Sequence record: NC_070650.1 | Length of the DNA: 64,000 bases | Reading direction: 5' to 3' (one strand) | In this document: positions 9,330-18,894 of the stretch, piece after piece | How the letters are laid out: every line of letters starts with the position of its first letter | Position numbering within the stretch: position 1 is the stretch's first letter | The notes under the pieces: generated by a model | Told to the model about the DNA's origin: nothing | Databases searched by the model: none | What the model saw: only the letters and a program-made list of their open reading frames with translations | Made by a program: the position numbers and the translations under genes

Positions 9330-10135
9330 GGGAAAAAACCAATTACTTCCCGGACTTTTTCCCTGGACTTGGCCCCGATGCTACGCTGTACCTGAATCAC
9401 CTCAAATTCCATGCCTTTGTATACCTCACGCGTCCCAACGGTATCAGACCCCGATACAATGACTTTATGGCCATCATTGGACAATTGACGCATGCAGGAC
9501 ATAAGTTGTTCATGGTCTCTAAAAGAGAACCCACTAGATTCATAGTTCGTGAAATTGGAAGTAGGATTCCACGGGACGTAAGGCGGGTCACAATAAATAG
9601 TACTTTCCTGAGGGAATGTCTGTTTGGTCAAAATAGAATCAAACGTACCACATAAAAACCGGGTATCGGTTCTACGGATTTTCTCGTGCATTTCCAGAAC
9701 AGCGGCTTTGGGGTAGAGTGGTTTAGTTCTACGACCGAATGGAACGTTGATTTCATTTTTGCGATTGTATCTACACAGCCCATTAAACCCATGGCGGTTT
9801 AAGTACATGAACATGGCAGACTGAATCACCCGGTCTTCGGTACGGGCATTGAACTTATCTTTAGTTTCCAGATAGGTGTCAAGGTTATTACCGGTGGCAA
9901 ATAAAGGTTCGGCGCACGCCAGTAAGTCATGCGGGTTCTCGTCGACAGTTTCATAGAAAGTGATTAAATCTTTATTGATGTCGGCTAGAATATAACTTGG
10001 ATAATCCGTATTAAGAAATACCGCGGCACTCCCGACAAAGGGTTCTACCAGACAGGACACCTCACCAAAGTGGGGTTTTAATGCATAGACTATTTTACTT
10101 TTACCGCCGGGCCATAATAACGGAGCTGTTTTCAT
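9323..10135 (-). CDS. dam: DNA adenine methyltransferase, Dam (D12 class)
   Basis: WPGGK, VEPFVGSAAV, YLNRHGFNGLCRYN, IYCDPPY motifs. Confidence 0.95.
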   Translation of the reverse strand: MKTAPLLWPGGKSKIVYALKPHFGEVSCLVEPFVGSAAVFLNTDYPSYILADINKDLITFYETVDENPHDLLACAEPLFATGNNLDTYLETKDKFNARTEDRVIQSAMFMYLNRHGFNGLCRYNRKNEINVPFGRRTKPLYPKAAVLEMHEKIRRTDTRFLCGTFDSILTKQTFPQESTIYCDPPYVPWNPTSNFTNYESSGFSFRDHEQLMSCMRQLSNDGHKVIVSGSDTVGTREVYKGMEFEVIQVQRSIGAKSREKVREVIGFFPK

Positions 10136-10161
10136 TCTATCATCCTAATATTTTTAAGGAA

Positions 10162-10169
10162 TATATTAC
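10162..10169 (+). promoter_or_regulatory. early promoter motif TATATTAC
   Basis: Exact match, divergent from dam. Confidence 0.7.
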
Positions 10170-10216
10170 TTTGGTGAATGTACTATATACGATCCATCTA
10201 TTGAAGGTAAAATAAA

Positions 10217-10795
10217 ATGACTGCAACTAAAGTATTTGACGATATTTATCTGGTTCGGGACTATAATGAATTTGTGGCGTTAGCTGAACAATTAAGCGTA
10301 CATGTTTTGTACCACCTGAATACCAATATAAGTGAGTACCCAGCTTTGGTAGATACCCGCGGCACCTGGGAAATCAAATCTCTCGGTGATGTAGTTGCAA
10401 CACAAAACGTAGAGGCTGAACCCACCCCAAGCAACATTCAAACCACCATCGTAGTAATGGAGGTAGGCGGTGGTTTGTTAGAAGGGGGGCGTTTGTTAAC
10501 GCAGGCACTTCCGGCTGGACACCACGTTGTTGGGGTTGATATAACTGGGATTGCTTCCGTGGGAGTTCCAACCAAACTTCCAATCAAGTGCCTTATCACA
10601 ACAGAAAACGAAGGTACTGCAGTGATGTCAGCAGTACGTGATATTCCGTGTGAAGACGGTGATTTCATTCCATTGTGGTTTAAGGCTACTTATGCCAATG
10701 GTAGATTCAAAGCAGCTAAACTCATGCATAGCGATTCGAATGGACATACATTCCGTTCCGTTACGCTGGCCATTCACACCTATAAACCATTTTAA
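10217..10795 (+). CDS. hypothetical protein
   Basis: 192-aa ORF with GAAGG SD. Confidence 0.75.
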   Translation: MTATKVFDDIYLVRDYNEFVALAEQLSVHVLYHLNTNISEYPALVDTRGTWEIKSLGDVVATQNVEAEPTPSNIQTTIVVMEVGGGLLEGGRLLTQALPAGHHVVGVDITGIASVGVPTKLPIKCLITTENEGTAVMSAVRDIPCEDGDFIPLWFKATYANGRFKAAKLMHSDSNGHTFRSVTLAIHTYKPF

Positions 10796-10830
10796 CTGAC
10801 GACCCACCCCATAAGCCTAGGACAATTATC

Positions 10831-12057
10831 ATGACCGTTAAATCCAAATTCAATCGATTTCTGATGCGCTCGATTTCCTGCGGTATTACCAACCAGCTCG
10901 GCAATAAAGTTTTATACCGCATCAAACTCAAAACCGACCTCGCAGCTTTATTTCTGGAATCCATCCCTGACGATAATTTACGTGAGGTATGTAAATGTAC
11001 CCGCTGCTTAGATAACTTACGTCAGTGGGGTAATACGGCGTATTTTGATGAAAGCCGCGGTACGTATAACAGTGTCTTTTTCGACATCACCGGCGATTAT
11101 GCCGAACGCACGGACCCGATCGATGATGAATTTTGGCCCTTCGCTAAGCAACTGCACGCGTTGCTAAACGACGATCCTGAAGTGACTGAGGTCATGGCTG
11201 CCCGCGTCGATGGTAAACACACTTTAAATAATGTTGGGTATGAGCATTTTCACATTAAACCAACGGATGGTTGGAAAGACTACGTACGGCGACCGGATAT
11301 GCCCCGCGTATTGAACATTCAATCGCGGTGGTTTGGTAAATGGGGTAATAATGACGCACTCATCCGAGAAGCTTCTGATGTGGTGGTCAAGGTAACCGAA
11401 GAACTGAAAAAACATACGGATATGCAAACAGCCGCTGCCCGTCTTTTGCGGCAATTTACGGGGTTTGAATCTATTTGGCGTAACCAGCAATTCGTCCGCA
11501 CCAAAGCCATGTCCGATGGTTCGGATTCCATGATGCTTCCGGTCAGGTATGCATTACATTACACGTATGCTGGAAATCGTTCACCCTACATTCTCAGTAT
11601 TTTGGATTCTCTTTATTCAGACCCCGAGGGTAAATATCGTGAAGGTTTGGTTGAACGGACAGTAAGCCGGATTTTATCGGATGTTGAGGCTGCCCAAGCT
11701 AAAGATACCGAAGAATATATTGCCCACCATCAAGCCATGTTTGATGATTGGGTGGTGTGGTTGGCGGCGGCTAAATTATCGGCTCCAACGCCGCATAGCT
11801 TAGCTAAGTTAATTACCATCATGGCTGACCTGGATTCCATGGAAGAGGAATCTTTGTTGTTGGTTCAAGAAGCATTTGGCGGTTTCGAGATCGGTGAGGT
11901 TGAAACCATCCCAGATTCGCTTCGCAACTCTGCCGCGATTCGATGGATGTTGAATGAAAAATATTTAAGTTCAACGTTTAAACCTGGATTACAGCCGGCG
12001 TTTACTTTAACTGAAAACGGGGTGCTTGCAAAACATCTGTTAGCCGCTAAGAAATAA
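10831..12057 (+). CDS. hypothetical protein; N-terminal domain paralogous to 12079..13719
   Basis: LFLESI...CKCTRC..NLRQWG aligns with YLDAF...CNTCAGFFRKYG. Confidence 0.75.
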   Translation: MTVKSKFNRFLMRSISCGITNQLGNKVLYRIKLKTDLAALFLESIPDDNLREVCKCTRCLDNLRQWGNTAYFDESRGTYNSVFFDITGDYAERTDPIDDEFWPFAKQLHALLNDDPEVTEVMAARVDGKHTLNNVGYEHFHIKPTDGWKDYVRRPDMPRVLNIQSRWFGKWGNNDALIREASDVVVKVTEELKKHTDMQTAAARLLRQFTGFESIWRNQQFVRTKAMSDGSDSMMLPVRYALHYTYAGNRSPYILSILDSLYSDPEGKYREGLVERTVSRILSDVEAAQAKDTEEYIAHHQAMFDDWVVWLAAAKLSAPTPHSLAKLITIMADLDSMEEESLLLVQEAFGGFEIGEVETIPDSLRNSAAIRWMLNEKYLSSTFKPGLQPAFTLTENGVLAKHLLAAKK

Positions 12058-12078
12058 ATTACAGCCGGTGGTCAGTTT

Positions 12079-13719
12079 ATGACCACCGTTTTAATAAAAC
12101 AACCACAAAGTAAGGATGTAATAATGAATGTTACCGTAGCCTTAGATTATACCAAACTGTTAGAACACGTAAAAGCAACCGCTGCCAAAAATCTCACCGA
12201 TCAATCCGTGGCGTTATTTGCGACTGCCCCCGAAACCAAACTCTACCAAACCTACCTGGATGCATTTGATACTGGCGATCGTCAATCTCATACCTGCAAT
12301 ACCTGTGCTGGGTTCTTCCGCAAATACGGCGGCCTGGTAACCATCCATCCCCTGACCGGCGAACAAAAATCTGTGCTGTGGGATGAAACCGATGCACCTG
12401 AAGGCTACGAAAGCGTAGTCGCAGCACTTCGCGCGGCGGTGGAAGCCGCACCGGTATCTTACCCGTTCTTTACCGATCGTGTTGCACTGGGCGATGTTGA
12501 GAAAGGTGGGTTCGGTCATTTCCATTTCGATGCACCGGCATCTGTAGTGAAAGACAGCGATTTTGATGCGCGTAAAGCGCTGGCTAAAGCGATTGAAAAC
12601 CGTGGGCTGTTTAAACGCAGCTTGGGTTTATTCAAATGCGCCCCCTTACAGCAGCTTTTGCACAAATTCACTTACGACTCCGCACTGCGTTTTCTGGAAG
12701 ATGAGCGTGAGCGGGTAGAAGCCTTCAGCGAATTCCTGACGTTCATTCGTAGCACGAGCAATCGCAAGGCACAAGAAAATCTCATTTGGCTGAAAGCGGC
12801 GACAGATGGCGGATATGTTACCGGGTTCAAAAATGATCTTATCGGTCAGTTGGCGCTTGATTTCTCTGAAGGCGATCCAAACGCAGTTTCTCAATACCTG
12901 CAACGTCGTAAGGGCGAAAACTACATGCGTCCTAAAGCGGAGGTTGACGACAACCAGCTGGACGTGGCGCAGAAGTTAATCGTGGATCTGAATCTCCAAA
13001 CAGCGTTACGGCGTAAAGCGGTTACTGCTGAAGACATTCCGGCCACAGCCGTTATCTGGTCGGCGGCGCCAGAATCTGAAACCCCGGTGGACACCACCGA
13101 TCTATTCAGCGAATTGCGGACTAACCAAAAAGCGCCGGATGCCGCCCCTACGGTTATGGGTCCTCAGGACTGGGGTACGGTAATGCGCGATTTACTGCCT
13201 AAAGCGACTCAGATCCGCTATTTTGTCCCCCAACAGGTAGTGTTGGGTGGTATGGTGACGGCAGAAGTGGAATCTGCTGAACCCATCATTAAGTGGGACG
13301 CACCCGAACAGCGCAATCCGGTATCCCCGTGGTCACACATTGATCGTAGTTTTCCACACATTTATGGTTTAAACCATACCTGGACCAATGTATCGTGCAT
13401 TGCGCGGCAGGTAGATGCCTGGGGTGTTGTTGATGCCGATCCCACCAGTGTTTTCCTACACCTGTCTGAAGCACGCATCACCGAAGAACACCTCGCGCCC
13501 GGGCTTGGGTTATTCCCCGAAATCCTTCGCTCCGAACTTTATCCCATCCGCGCGGTAATGGAACGTTACTCCAATGCCAAGCGGGCCACCAACTGGGAAC
13601 AAAGCGCATTGTTTGCGTCCTGGCATAAAGGGTTCAATCTGGCAAACGGCGCGGTTGCTCGTCTGTGGATGACTCTACCAACCGGCGATGTTATCGTCGA
13701 TATTTCTCGCTGGGAGTAA
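12079..13719 (+). CDS. conserved large-phage protein of unknown function
   Basis: 546 aa; HTCNTCAGFFRKYGGLVTI and HFH motifs; host-like codon usage. Confidence 0.8.
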   Translation: MTTVLIKQPQSKDVIMNVTVALDYTKLLEHVKATAAKNLTDQSVALFATAPETKLYQTYLDAFDTGDRQSHTCNTCAGFFRKYGGLVTIHPLTGEQKSVLWDETDAPEGYESVVAALRAAVEAAPVSYPFFTDRVALGDVEKGGFGHFHFDAPASVVKDSDFDARKALAKAIENRGLFKRSLGLFKCAPLQQLLHKFTYDSALRFLEDERERVEAFSEFLTFIRSTSNRKAQENLIWLKAATDGGYVTGFKNDLIGQLALDFSEGDPNAVSQYLQRRKGENYMRPKAEVDDNQLDVAQKLIVDLNLQTALRRKAVTAEDIPATAVIWSAAPESETPVDTTDLFSELRTNQKAPDAAPTVMGPQDWGTVMRDLLPKATQIRYFVPQQVVLGGMVTAEVESAEPIIKWDAPEQRNPVSPWSHIDRSFPHIYGLNHTWTNVSCIARQVDAWGVVDADPTSVFLHLSEARITEEHLAPGLGLFPEILRSELYPIRAVMERYSNAKRATNWEQSALFASWHKGFNLANGAVARLWMTLPTGDVIVDISRWE

Positions 13720-13728
13720 CAACATAAC

Positions 13729-13758
13729 GAGTAGGGTTTCGGCCCTACTCATTTTTTT
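13729..13758 (+). terminator. intrinsic terminator
   Basis: GAGTAGGG-TTTCGG-CCCTACTC followed by a T run. Confidence 0.8.
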
Positions 13759-13776
13759 TAATTAAAGGTAAACCCA

Positions 13777-14325
13777 ATGGCCACTGAGACTGAACGCGTA
13801 TATCGCGGTATTTTTTCTTCTATTCCCGAAGGGGGTAGCTTCACCATCATCCAACAATGGGAAGGTTTCGTACATCGCGATGATGGAATGATTACTAACC
13901 GTTGTCGTGCATGTTTGGCGGTTAATGACGGCGTGAAAGGTGAGAAGACCTTTAGCGCTTGCACCAAATATACCTATAGTCGGGATGACCTGGATAAGTC
14001 CGCGGTCGAGCTGGAAACCGATAACCTCACCGAAAGTCAAATTGAGATCATCTCCAGCATGCTGGATGTCTCAGTATTCAAAAAACGCTATGTGCTGCAA
14101 GGCGGTGGGTTGACTTTGGATGTGGACATCTTCTATGACCAAGTCCATAAAGAATGGCTGAATGCGTTTAAGGTCGATATAGAAGGGGGAGAAACACCCT
14201 CTGAAGAAGACGTCAAAAACATCCTGGCCGAACACGGGTTTGTGGTCGAAGCCTTCATCCCGGTACAAGAATTCGGTAAGCGGTTTAATGCCATCACCCG
14301 GATAGAGCAGTTTAAAGGTAATTAA
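13777..14325 (+). CDS. CYTH/TTM (triphosphate tunnel) domain-like protein
   Basis: N-terminal ETERVY (EXEXK-like), RCR, ELE, KKRY, LDVDIF pattern. Confidence 0.55.
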   Translation: MATETERVYRGIFSSIPEGGSFTIIQQWEGFVHRDDGMITNRCRACLAVNDGVKGEKTFSACTKYTYSRDDLDKSAVELETDNLTESQIEIISSMLDVSVFKKRYVLQGGGLTLDVDIFYDQVHKEWLNAFKVDIEGGETPSEEDVKNILAEHGFVVEAFIPVQEFGKRFNAITRIEQFKGN

Positions 14326-14331
14326 TTCAAT

Positions 14332-14354
14332 GGTGGGTGTATACCCACCTTTTT
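14332..14354 (+). terminator. intrinsic terminator
   Basis: GGTGGGT-GTAT-ACCCACC followed by TTTTT. Confidence 0.8.
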
Positions 14355-14373
14355 ATATCGTGGGGATAGAAAT

Positions 14374-14961
14374 ATGTTTGATTTTGATAAGCGAAAAAAT
14401 GCTGTGTCTGTCACGGATGCGATGGTCGCCGCATATGCGTCACTGACAACAAGTTTACAAAAAGAGCTTCTCCGCAGCCAAGAGATATGTCGTGAAATGT
14501 TGGAACGATCTAGTACGCAACCAAATGGCTGGCATAATTTTTTGGATGAAATTATATTCAGTCATCCGGTGGGTGTATGGACTTATGATTTTCAATATGG
14601 TGGTGAAGGTAATACCAGTAGGATTGTCGGCATACGTAGTCTGGCGACAGATTTGGTTTTTCCTGAATTCTATCCGTTTTACCAAATCGATCTATCGTCC
14701 AAACCTAAAACGGAGGATATAGTAACTCCATTTTATCCCGAACTGATAACCAGATACCGCACTATGGCCGAGTCCCGTGGCCCTAGCGATGAAACACTAC
14801 ATCTGTTGGATATGCTCAATACCCTAGAGCATTCAACGGAACAATCCCTGACTAAAAAGCATCGTTGGCTAGGGTGGATTCAAGGTGAGTTGATTCATCT
14901 TGGCGCCACTACTGTGGAAGCAGAACGTGATTTTACCCGGGATATATTTAAGGGGGCTTAA
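14374..14961 (+). CDS. hypothetical protein
   Basis: 195 aa; C-terminal KHRWLGWIQG motif seen in phage hypotheticals. Confidence 0.75.
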   Translation: MFDFDKRKNAVSVTDAMVAAYASLTTSLQKELLRSQEICREMLERSSTQPNGWHNFLDEIIFSHPVGVWTYDFQYGGEGNTSRIVGIRSLATDLVFPEFYPFYQIDLSSKPKTEDIVTPFYPELITRYRTMAESRGPSDETLHLLDMLNTLEHSTEQSLTKKHRWLGWIQGELIHLGATTVEAERDFTRDIFKGA

Positions 14962-15459
14962 ATGCTCATTAAAATTTTTGGTATTGTTATTGCGACCGGT
15001 GAAGACAAAGCGCTGCTGAGCGAGCCGTCAATGGCGACCGGTGCTCAAGAATCCATCCCATCCGCCTCTACCGGGCTGTGCGTTATTTCCGATATGCCGA
15101 AATCAGAAATACTGGCCAAAAAGAAAAATACGATTATGGGGATTAAAGTCAACCCATTGGTTGCAGCCATCCCATGGCCAGATGTCGGCGGTGACCCGTG
15201 GGACCAAACCTTTTTACTTAATGCGATCACTGAGTTCAATTCTCGGGAGTGGTTTGATATCTGTACGGTAGACCGCCTCAAGAAAAATTTAGGTCTTATG
15301 CTGGACCTATCCGCTCAGTTGGCTTACGATAAATTATATTTATTGCACTGTGTTAACTATTCAAAAATGCATCCCGATGTCTTACGTGAAATTCCACAAC
15401 TCATGGGGGATATTTTGAATTGCTATAACAACGGGCCATTTAGTCAAGCGGGGACATAA
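14962..15459 (+). CDS. hypothetical protein
   Basis: 165-aa ORF abutting the upstream stop. Confidence 0.7.
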   Translation: MLIKIFGIVIATGEDKALLSEPSMATGAQESIPSASTGLCVISDMPKSEILAKKKNTIMGIKVNPLVAAIPWPDVGGDPWDQTFLLNAITEFNSREWFDICTVDRLKKNLGLMLDLSAQLAYDKLYLLHCVNYSKMHPDVLREIPQLMGDILNCYNNGPFSQAGT

Positions 15460-15836
15460 TGCAAACTGCTGCCGAAAAACAAGAAATAATCGCTGGGTTA
15501 AACAAAACCATGGTGGCGATGGGGTTAAATCCTGAGATAGAAAATGAATGGAATTATGGTCTATCAATAATTCGTCTTGCCCGGGCGTGGTCATCTACGG
15601 AAAATACTCAAATCAAAAACACTTTAATTGCTATAGCCGAAACCGCCCCCATCGTAGAAGCGGATCTCTTGGCTACTTTTAAAGACCTGCAAGTTGAGAC
15701 TATGTACCAGTTAAAAGAACGGGGATTAACTGCACGTGTGGTTATTGGTTATCAACACCACTATTGGGCATGTACTCCTGAAGGGTTCGATGTTTATCGC
15801 GCCATAAAAATTGAAGAAAGGAAGGGTAGTATATGA
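15459..15836 (+). CDS. hypothetical protein
   Basis: 125-aa ORF with TAATG coupling. Confidence 0.7.
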   Translation: MQTAAEKQEIIAGLNKTMVAMGLNPEIENEWNYGLSIIRLARAWSSTENTQIKNTLIAIAETAPIVEADLLATFKDLQVETMYQLKERGLTARVVIGYQHHYWACTPEGFDVYRAIKIEERKGSI

Positions 15837-16288
15837 AATTATCAGATTGGTTACCTGGGGTTCCGGTAGAGTCCAACATAATGAACCATTGTCCGTGTTG
15901 TGGTTCTGAAAAAACAACCATAAGGCAGCGTCCAGATGGGCAGGCTGAAGGCGGCTGCCTATCTTGCGGATTAGCGATGTTTGCCCCTACGGTAAGTGAA
16001 GTTTTGGTCAAGTGGAATCGCCGCCACGTTCCGTGGATTTCACCAAAGCAGATGCTACCTCAGAAGCCCAGGCTGGGGAACGGGTTTATACCCGTAATGA
16101 TTTTACTGGAGGGTGAACTCAGCAGTGATTTTGCGTTCTACTCGGTGGAAGATTCCTTTTTCTCATGGGAACGCGGGGGCGAACGTATAGCTGACCCAAT
16201 CCTGGGGTGGATGTATCTACCACTTATCAATAACGTTCAAGCCCATTACGATAATTTGAAAAAGGCTGAAGAAGATGAATCAGAATAA
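15833..16288 (+). CDS. Lar (restriction alleviation)-like Zn ribbon fused to DUF551-like domain
   Basis: CPCCGS...CLSCG...VKWNRR followed by WISP...LP...WMYLP. Confidence 0.6.
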   Translation: MKLSDWLPGVPVESNIMNHCPCCGSEKTTIRQRPDGQAEGGCLSCGLAMFAPTVSEVLVKWNRRHVPWISPKQMLPQKPRLGNGFIPVMILLEGELSSDFAFYSVEDSFFSWERGGERIADPILGWMYLPLINNVQAHYDNLKKAEEDESE

Positions 16289-16391
16289 TCCCACATCACT
16301 GATAAGTTGTTTTGTTGGTGGTACGCTATTCGGCGTTGTGTTGACACTACTGATTGCGGTATTGAGTCAACTGCTTATTAGTTCGCTATGA
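16275..16391 (+). CDS. small membrane protein (38 aa, not in ORF track)
   Basis: MNQNNPTSLISCFVGGTLFGVVLTLLIAVLSQLLISSL; fills the gap, ATGA overlap with next gene. Confidence 0.6.
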   Translation: MNQNNPTSLISCFVGGTLFGVVLTLLIAVLSQLLISSL

Positions 16392-16648
16392 GTGCGTCCA
16401 CCGACCGCGAGGATGCTCGCGAAGCCATGCGACAAATAGCTAGGGTAGGTAGTCACGTCGAAATAAATCAATTCCTCACCGATCTTCGCAATGACCCAAC
16501 AAGAACAATTCGGGTGTTAACGGCGGTATTAAGATGCACTTTCCGCAGCAGAGATAAGCTGCCGGAATGGATACCTTTGTTTAATCACATCAAAACCACG
16601 TTCCCTGAATTGGCCGATGATTACCTTGTTGGGTTATCAGTAGATTAA
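16388..16648 (+). CDS. hypothetical protein
   Basis: 86-aa ORF. Confidence 0.65.
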   Translation: MSASTDREDAREAMRQIARVGSHVEINQFLTDLRNDPTRTIRVLTAVLRCTFRSRDKLPEWIPLFNHIKTTFPELADDYLVGLSVD

Positions 16649-16786
16649 AAACAACCTGCTTTAAATTGTATGAACACGCAGGGAAATCCCAAAACGGTGC
16701 GAGGCCCCAGAACCCCTCAAAGCCATCCTGCATGTTCCACCCCAGGTATGCATCTGGGACATAAAACTAACCATAAGGTATTTACT

Positions 16787-17551
16787 ATGGGTCGTCAAAA
16801 AGCTAAGGCTAACAACCGTCGTCGTGATAACAACAATGTGGTACATCTTGGGGCGCCATTTAGTCACCCTTCGGATGCGCTGTTGGAACAAACTCTGGGT
16901 ACGAAAGAACGACGTAATGATAGCCCTCTGGAAGCGCGTAATGAGAACCAGCAAATCTTTCTGGATCTCCTGGCTGGGAAAGACCTCGTATTTGCATCAG
17001 GTGCCGCGGGTTGCGGTAAAACGTACTTATCTGCGTCTTGGGCGGCTGAACGCCTGAAAGCCAAAGAAATCGATCGCATCATCGTAACACGACCGGTACT
17101 GCAATCAGGTGAAGACCTGGGCTTTCTGCCAGGAACCATTCACGAAAAATTCCTGCCTTTCTTCCGCCCGGTGTACGATGTACTGCGGGAGCGTCTGGGG
17201 GCTTCTTTCCTGGAATATTGCCTGAAGCCGGAGGTGGGTAAAGTCGAGATTGCGCCATTCGCCTACATGCGGGGTCGCAACTTCGATCGTGCAGTTGTGC
17301 TTTTGGACGAAGCACAAAACGCCACTGCAGCCCACATGAAGATGTTCCTCACCCGCATCGGTGAAGATACTCAAGTTATCGTCTCTGGTGACCACAATCA
17401 GATTGACCTGCCGGACCACGTAAAATCTGGCCTGGTTGACGCACTGCGGCGCTTCAAAGACGGTCCTTTAGTGGGTCGGGTTGCATTCACCATTGATGAC
17501 TGCGTCCGCTCAGCACTGTGCTCGGAAGCGCTGCTGGCGTACAAAGACTAA
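16787..17551 (+). CDS. phoH: PhoH family ATPase
   Basis: GAAGCGKT Walker A, GEDLGFLPG, AYMRGR, LDEAQN, GDHNQIDL; ATG 16787 has an AAGG SD. Confidence 0.95.
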   Translation: MGRQKAKANNRRRDNNNVVHLGAPFSHPSDALLEQTLGTKERRNDSPLEARNENQQIFLDLLAGKDLVFASGAAGCGKTYLSASWAAERLKAKEIDRIIVTRPVLQSGEDLGFLPGTIHEKFLPFFRPVYDVLRERLGASFLEYCLKPEVGKVEIAPFAYMRGRNFDRAVVLLDEAQNATAAHMKMFLTRIGEDTQVIVSGDHNQIDLPDHVKSGLVDALRRFKDGPLVGRVAFTIDDCVRSALCSEALLAYKD

Positions 17552-17567
17552 ATACCTTATGGTTCTG

Positions 17568-17592
17568 AGGGAGGCTTCGGCCTCCCTTTTTT
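17568..17592 (+). terminator. intrinsic terminator
   Basis: AGGGAGGC-TTCG-GCCTCCCT followed by a T run. Confidence 0.85.
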
Positions 17593-18036
17593 ATGTTGTT
17601 ATGGGGGATTATGGTATCCTTAAGTAAAAGTATTATGGAGCTTACTGATGTATTTCAGGCCCACGCGTTGGAGGTGGTGGCATATACCCACGGCAGCGGC
17701 AGCGTTTCTCCGCCTATTGCACAAATAATCAATTTCGGATTATGTCATGTTTTTGCTAAACTTGTGTTATTGCGGCATCCGGAGGTCCGACTAGTAGGTA
17801 GTCCGACTCATGTTTTTTTGGAATTAGACGGTTTGTATTATGATTCGGCACACCCCGCAGGAATAGATAGCTTAACTAGATATCCTCTACCGTTATTGGA
17901 TTATTCCTCCACAAAAAAACTAACGTATGAATTCCCCGATTATATAACCGCCCTAGCTGCTGTTTCATGGTTGCTGCAAACTTCCTGGAAAGCGCAATAC
18001 ATTCAGTTATGTCGTGAAGTCCACATCACTAATTAG
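17593..18036 (+). CDS. hypothetical protein
   Basis: ORF between terminators; start uncertain; HVFLELDGLYYDS motif. Confidence 0.65.
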   Translation: MLLWGIMVSLSKSIMELTDVFQAHALEVVAYTHGSGSVSPPIAQIINFGLCHVFAKLVLLRHPEVRLVGSPTHVFLELDGLYYDSAHPAGIDSLTRYPLPLLDYSSTKKLTYEFPDYITALAAVSWLLQTSWKAQYIQLCREVHITN

Positions 18037-18044
18037 AATATACT

Positions 18045-18080
18045 GGGGGGTATTACCCCCCCCCATATGCCGCTTTTTTT
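18045..18080 (+). terminator. terminator hairpin with TATGCCG
   Basis: G6-TATTA-C9, then ATATGCCGC and a T run. Confidence 0.65.
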
Positions 18081-18117
18081 ATTTTGCCAAAAACCACATA
18101 CTAAAAAAGCTCACACT

Positions 18118-18125
18118 TATATTAC
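18118..18125 (+). promoter_or_regulatory. early promoter motif TATATTAC
   Basis: Exact match upstream of ATG 18169. Confidence 0.7.
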
Positions 18126-18168
18126 TTTGGTGGTTAATGTGACCATCATCTTTCGTGAGGATTTTACT

Positions 18169-18882
18169 ATGGAACATTATATTTTTGATGCGGATGACTA
18201 TATTGAAATGTATAGTCATTACGGTATCTCGGTATACCGGTTTGATTACCCCGCTCTTTTGGAACGTTATAACGATATTCCTGCAGTTGTGGTGACCTAC
18301 AACAACGAATACTTCGGCGAGTTAAGTAACGTGCCGGCTTTCATGCGTAATGTTCGGGACATCTTATTGCATTTCTATAAGGGATTTGCCTACGAGTATT
18401 TTCAGAGAGGGGATACTTGGCGGGGTTCTATGTTGGAGCTGGTGACTCGGGAAGCATTTTCTACTCTCGTAGGTAGTGATATTTGGCATGTAGCGGCAGG
18501 TGGTAATTGGTACAGTCGCTGGAACGCCATTTCTCTGGACCAACTTGACCTGTTGTCTCAAAGCGAGCTAGAGCATGCCATGAGACTGTGCACCGATAAT
18601 GGCGAGGTTGCAGACGTCAAGCCCGCCATAACCGCGATGGGTACGTTACAGTTCATGGGTGGTACTGGGGCAGGTATGTCAAATTCCAGTTTATTGATGA
18701 CCATGACTATTTCGACCAATCTGACCGATATCCCATCAGTAGGTGGTCCTCGCGAATACAGCAAACATCGGTTGGTGTTATCTGATGCGGTTGCAATGGG
18801 TCATCGTCTACCTACCTGGAAAGAACTGTATTTGCGTAATCGTGATTTAATCGATGCGTTTTTGTCTGCGGCGAATAAATAA
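18169..18882 (+). CDS. hypothetical protein
   Basis: GAGG SD before ATG 18169. Confidence 0.75.
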   Translation: MEHYIFDADDYIEMYSHYGISVYRFDYPALLERYNDIPAVVVTYNNEYFGELSNVPAFMRNVRDILLHFYKGFAYEYFQRGDTWRGSMLELVTREAFSTLVGSDIWHVAAGGNWYSRWNAISLDQLDLLSQSELEHAMRLCTDNGEVADVKPAITAMGTLQFMGGTGAGMSNSSLLMTMTISTNLTDIPSVGGPREYSKHRLVLSDAVAMGHRLPTWKELYLRNRDLIDAFLSAANK

Positions 18883-18894
18883 AGGATATTGAAA

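Noticed and set aside
16670-16786. Longer N-terminus for phoH, and similar upstream extensions at 8201, 18067, 26374, 38504, 46591
   Set aside because: The extensions run through intergenic, terminator or overlapping sequence; downstream ATGs have proper SD sites.
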